Below the pieces are notes generated by a model. It searched no databases, was not told the DNA's origin, and worked only from the letters and a program-made list of their open reading frames with translations. Positions 34,744 to 37,021 of a DNA stretch of 37,021 bases are shown here, piece by piece. Every line of letters starts with the position of its first letter. Position 1 is the stretch's first letter. This DNA comes from a virus. Its lineage: Duplodnaviria; Caudoviricetes. Made by a program: the position numbers and the translations under genes. The stretch spans positions 1 to 37,021 of the IMG/VR virus record IMGVR_UViG_3300035182_000650. One strand, written 5' to 3'.

Positions 34744-35049
34744 ATGTACTACCAACCACCACACGAAGTAAGAGATCAAGAAAAACTAGAAGCAATGATC
34801 GAAATTTTGAAAAACGGCGGGGAGCTGCCACCTGTATTGGTATGCGGCGACCGAGCATACAGTGGAAGCCACCGCTTGGCGGCATGGGAGAGCATGGGAA
34901 TGGAAGCCGTCGTGGTAGAAATGTCTGATGAAGAATACTGCGAAGTTATGACCGAGCTTGGATTAGACCCAATGTATGACGATGCAACAGACCTCGAAGA
35001 TTTTTTGAATGTTGCCCGCGAACTTGGCTTTGCAGGTAAAGCAGAATGA
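34744..35049 (+). CDS. stand-alone ParB/sulfiredoxin-like domain protein with acidic tail
   Basis: D.EKL..M...L..G..LPPVLV......SGSHRLAA motif; AGGAG RBS. Confidence 0.7.
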   Translation: MYYQPPHEVRDQEKLEAMIEILKNGGELPPVLVCGDRAYSGSHRLAAWESMGMEAVVVEMSDEEYCEVMTELGLDPMYDDATDLEDFLNVARELGFAGKAE

Positions 35050-35273
35050 GAGCCGGAACATTAGCTGAGCTATGCAAAGACAATGGCATAACACTACAAC
35101 AACTAGAGGCGCATCTTGTATCAACAAGCAATGTATCGCGCAGAGCTTTATTTGACTGGGCAAGCGAAACAGCCAAAGCACGCCCTCTCTTGATATGCGC
35201 CATTGTCGCTGGGTCTGCCAGCTTTATAAAAGCTGATCGGCAAGGCGGTATTGTTGAGTCTGAGGATGTCTAA
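35046..35273 (+). CDS. putative helix-turn-helix regulator
   Basis: TLAELCK.NGITLQQL......VSRRALFDW; ATGA overlap with the ParB-like gene. Confidence 0.55.
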   Translation: MRAGTLAELCKDNGITLQQLEAHLVSTSNVSRRALFDWASETAKARPLLICAIVAGSASFIKADRQGGIVESEDV

Positions 35274-35297
35274 CACCCTGTTCAAAAGGGATTAAGG

Positions 35298-35456
35298 CTA
35301 AGGCGAAAAGTTGCCGAAGTCTTCGGTGTCTTGAAACTGAATCTCCAGGCGCATCTTGCCGCTGGGGTACGCACGAATGCGCACCCCGTCGGCGATTTTC
35401 CCAAGTTCAATGGTTGGGGTTGGGTTTCTATTTTGCTTAGACCGTGTTCTACCCAA
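35298..35456 (-). pseudogene. int: integrase remnant (N-terminal arm-binding segment only)
   Basis: TTG-GGT-AGA start nested in the xis WVE codons; MGRTRSK...DGVRIRAYPSGKMRLEIQFQ resembles a DUF3596-type arm-binding N-terminus; stops after 52 codons with no catalytic domain. Confidence 0.55.
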
Positions 35457-35573
35457 CGGTTATAGGCTTCGATACTAACGTAGAGATTGGACGCTACCAC
35501 GGGTTTCGCCGGTACTTTCACAAAACTTTTCCAGCTTGAGCCATTTAATCGGTAGGTATTGTGCTTTTTCCAT
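35420..35573 (-). pseudogene. xis: excisionase remnant (internally deleted or frameshifted)
   Basis: MEKAQYLPIKWLKLEKFCESTGETRGSVQ (stop at 35475) plus, in another frame, NLYVSIEAYNRWVE: both ends of a winged-helix Xis with the middle absent. Left boundary approximate. Confidence 0.55.
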
Positions 35574-35758
35574 CATTGCCATCTCCAGAGGTAGGTAATA
35601 ACCGCTGCAACGGCTGCTGCGTACAGCATTAACCGGAACTTGCATGGGGATACGGTAGCCCTATCCTGTTTTTGCACGGCAAGCCATGCTGTCCAGGCAA
35701 GGCGGTTTTCCAGTGGCACGGATTCATCATCCAGCCCGATGTTATCAGGGTCGATCAT
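35573..35758 (-). CDS. small membrane protein
   Basis: MIDPDNIG...LMLYAAAVAAVITYLW; AAGGAG RBS upstream of ATG 35758. Confidence 0.6.
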   Translation of the reverse strand: MIDPDNIGLDDESVPLENRLAWTAWLAVQKQDRATVSPCKFRLMLYAAAVAAVITYLWRWQ

Positions 35759-35928
35759 GTGGTTTGCTCCTTTGCTGCTTCCCGTAAAGTTTCCAGTAGC
35801 TGCTGGGTAGAATCCAGTGTTGTCAGTCGGGTGGCATGTCACTACTAAATACGCTGGTCTTGGCATTTTGTTGTTTCCTTCCCCGCTTTCGCGGGGTTGT
35901 TAGTTATAAAATAATACTTAAATACTGG

Positions 35929-36484
35929 TGGAACGCTTCTTTTGAAGTGGAACGGATGAAGCGTTCCATCCGTTCCGTTCCATCCGTTCCGTTCCATCCG
36001 TTCCGTTCCGTTCCATCCGTTCCATCCGTTCCATCCGTTCCATCCGTTCCGTTCCATCCGTTCCATCCGTTCCGTTCCGTTCCGTTCCATCCGTTCCGTT
36101 TAATCCGTTCCATCCGTTCCGTTCTGTTCCTTGCCACGGTATCCGTTCCGCTTGGCGAGCTTCCAGTAATGTGCTTTGTCTTTTGTGCAGCAGAACCGTT
36201 GGTTGGAACGCTTCTTCAGGAACGGCACGGTACACACTGGGCAGAACACTTCTCTACCTGTTTCAAGTAGTTCATTTTCTTCAAAAACCTTGCGCATTTT
36301 CTCAAAGTTTTCAGCGTTATTTTCGATGCTTGCGCCCTCTTCCTTGGTGTCTGGAACGCTTCCGCCCTTCTCGGTGGAACGGGTTGGAACGCTATGGAAC
36401 GCTTCTATTTCACCCGTTCCAACCCGTTCCATAGCGTTCCGTTCCGTTCCGTTTGGAACGCTTCCATCCGTTCCATCCGTTCCA
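35929..36484. repeat. GGAACG-based repeat field: dense CCGTT/CCAT array (35960-36130) plus dispersed TGGAACGCTTC copies
   Basis: TGGAACGCTTC at 35929, 36204, 36352, 36395, 36454, inverted at 35958; many CGTTCC units. Confidence 0.85.
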
Positions 36485-37021
36485 TATTGTTGCATTGCGT
36501 CATTTTTGCTCACTGGTAAGGGTAGCGAATAGTGTTCCTCAGCCGTTCCCAACGCGGGGTTATGCAGGCCAGTTGCACCCTGTTTCTGGTTGACCGGCAC
36601 TGATGGAGTAGGGGTCTTTGCTATCAGCTTGTCCGTGATCTTGTCCGATACCTTGGCAAGGTCTTTGTCGTCCAGTTCCGCCGGGGCAGGGATGCGTGCA
36701 TAAGCATCAAATACCGCCGCCTGAATCGCTTCCTGAGACGTTGCACCGCTGGCCTTCACATCGGCATAGATTCTCTGGATGGTTTCAACCACGGGCATTT
36801 TAGGAAGCGGGGTAGGGGTGTTAATACCTGCCAGTTCCATTACATGCGCCAATTGTTCCGGTGATTGTTTAAACCCTTCGGATTTTTTCAATAAGGCCGC
36901 ATCCAGTTTATTGCCGACGTTACGCAAAACATCAGAGGTGTCTGCTAATACCTGTTTGTTTGCATAGTCTGCCCGCATCATTTCAGTTGCGATTAATTCA
37001 GGTGCAGCTTTTAAACCTTCC
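36100..37021 (-). CDS. hypothetical protein, C-terminal part, with GT(D/E)/NGTER repeats and a terminal Cys-rich Zn-finger-like motif (start lies beyond the right edge)
   Basis: Frame open from the right edge to TAA at 36100; ends with FCPVCTVPFLKKRSNQRFCCTKDK. Confidence 0.75.
   Translation of the reverse strand, partial: EGLKAAPELIATEMMRADYANKQVLADTSDVLRNVGNKLDAALLKKSEGFKQSPEQLAHVMELAGINTPTPLPKMPVVETIQRIYADVKASGATSQEAIQAAVFDAYARIPAPAELDDKDLAKVSDKITDKLIAKTPTPSVPVNQKQGATGLHNPALGTAEEHYSLPLPVSKNDAMQQYGTDGTDGSVPNGTERNAMERVGTGEIEAFHSVPTRSTEKGGSVPDTKEEGASIENNAENFEKMRKVFEENELLETGREVFCPVCTVPFLKKRSNQRFCCTKDKAHYWKLAKRNGYRGKEQNGTDGTD

Noticed and set aside
34744-35049. ParABS partition system
   Set aside because: No ParA ATPase in the window, and the ParB-like protein lacks HTH and dimerisation domains.
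35836-36270. Several ORFs with ERMER, NGWNG and SVPSV repeats
   Set aside because: Stop-free frames created by the simple GGAACG repeat; no RBS or domain support.

Overview
The window is a near-complete or complete ~37 kb tailed-phage genome of the contractile-tail (myovirus) type, with a DUF1073 portal, MuF head protein, DUF2213 protease, DUF2184 capsid and DUF3383 sheath. Left arm (minus strand, 1-10.9 kb): early and replication genes (YqaJ exonuclease, Sak/Rad52-like annealase, SSB, SF2 helicase, VRR-NUC nuclease, P4-alpha-like primase, DUF5906/D5-like helicase, three small ribbon-helix-helix regulators, a pentapeptide-repeat protein, a 3D-domain lipoprotein). An ~850 bp non-coding control region (10.85-11.75 kb) holds two iteron-like arrays with different motifs and a two-repeat, one-spacer mini-array of type II-C (Cas9) CRISPR repeats; no cas gene or tracrRNA was found in the window. 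Plus strand (11.75-34.2 kb): HAD phosphatase, lysis cassette, tRNA-fMet, terminase, head, tail, baseplate and fibre genes. Right end: the 3' end of an IS200/IS605 tnpB (the omegaRNA region), a ParB-like plus HTH cassette, decayed xis/int remnants, and a Zn-finger protein whose gene and downstream DNA are rich in GGAACG repeats. Family assignments come from motif recognition by eye; no database searches were run.
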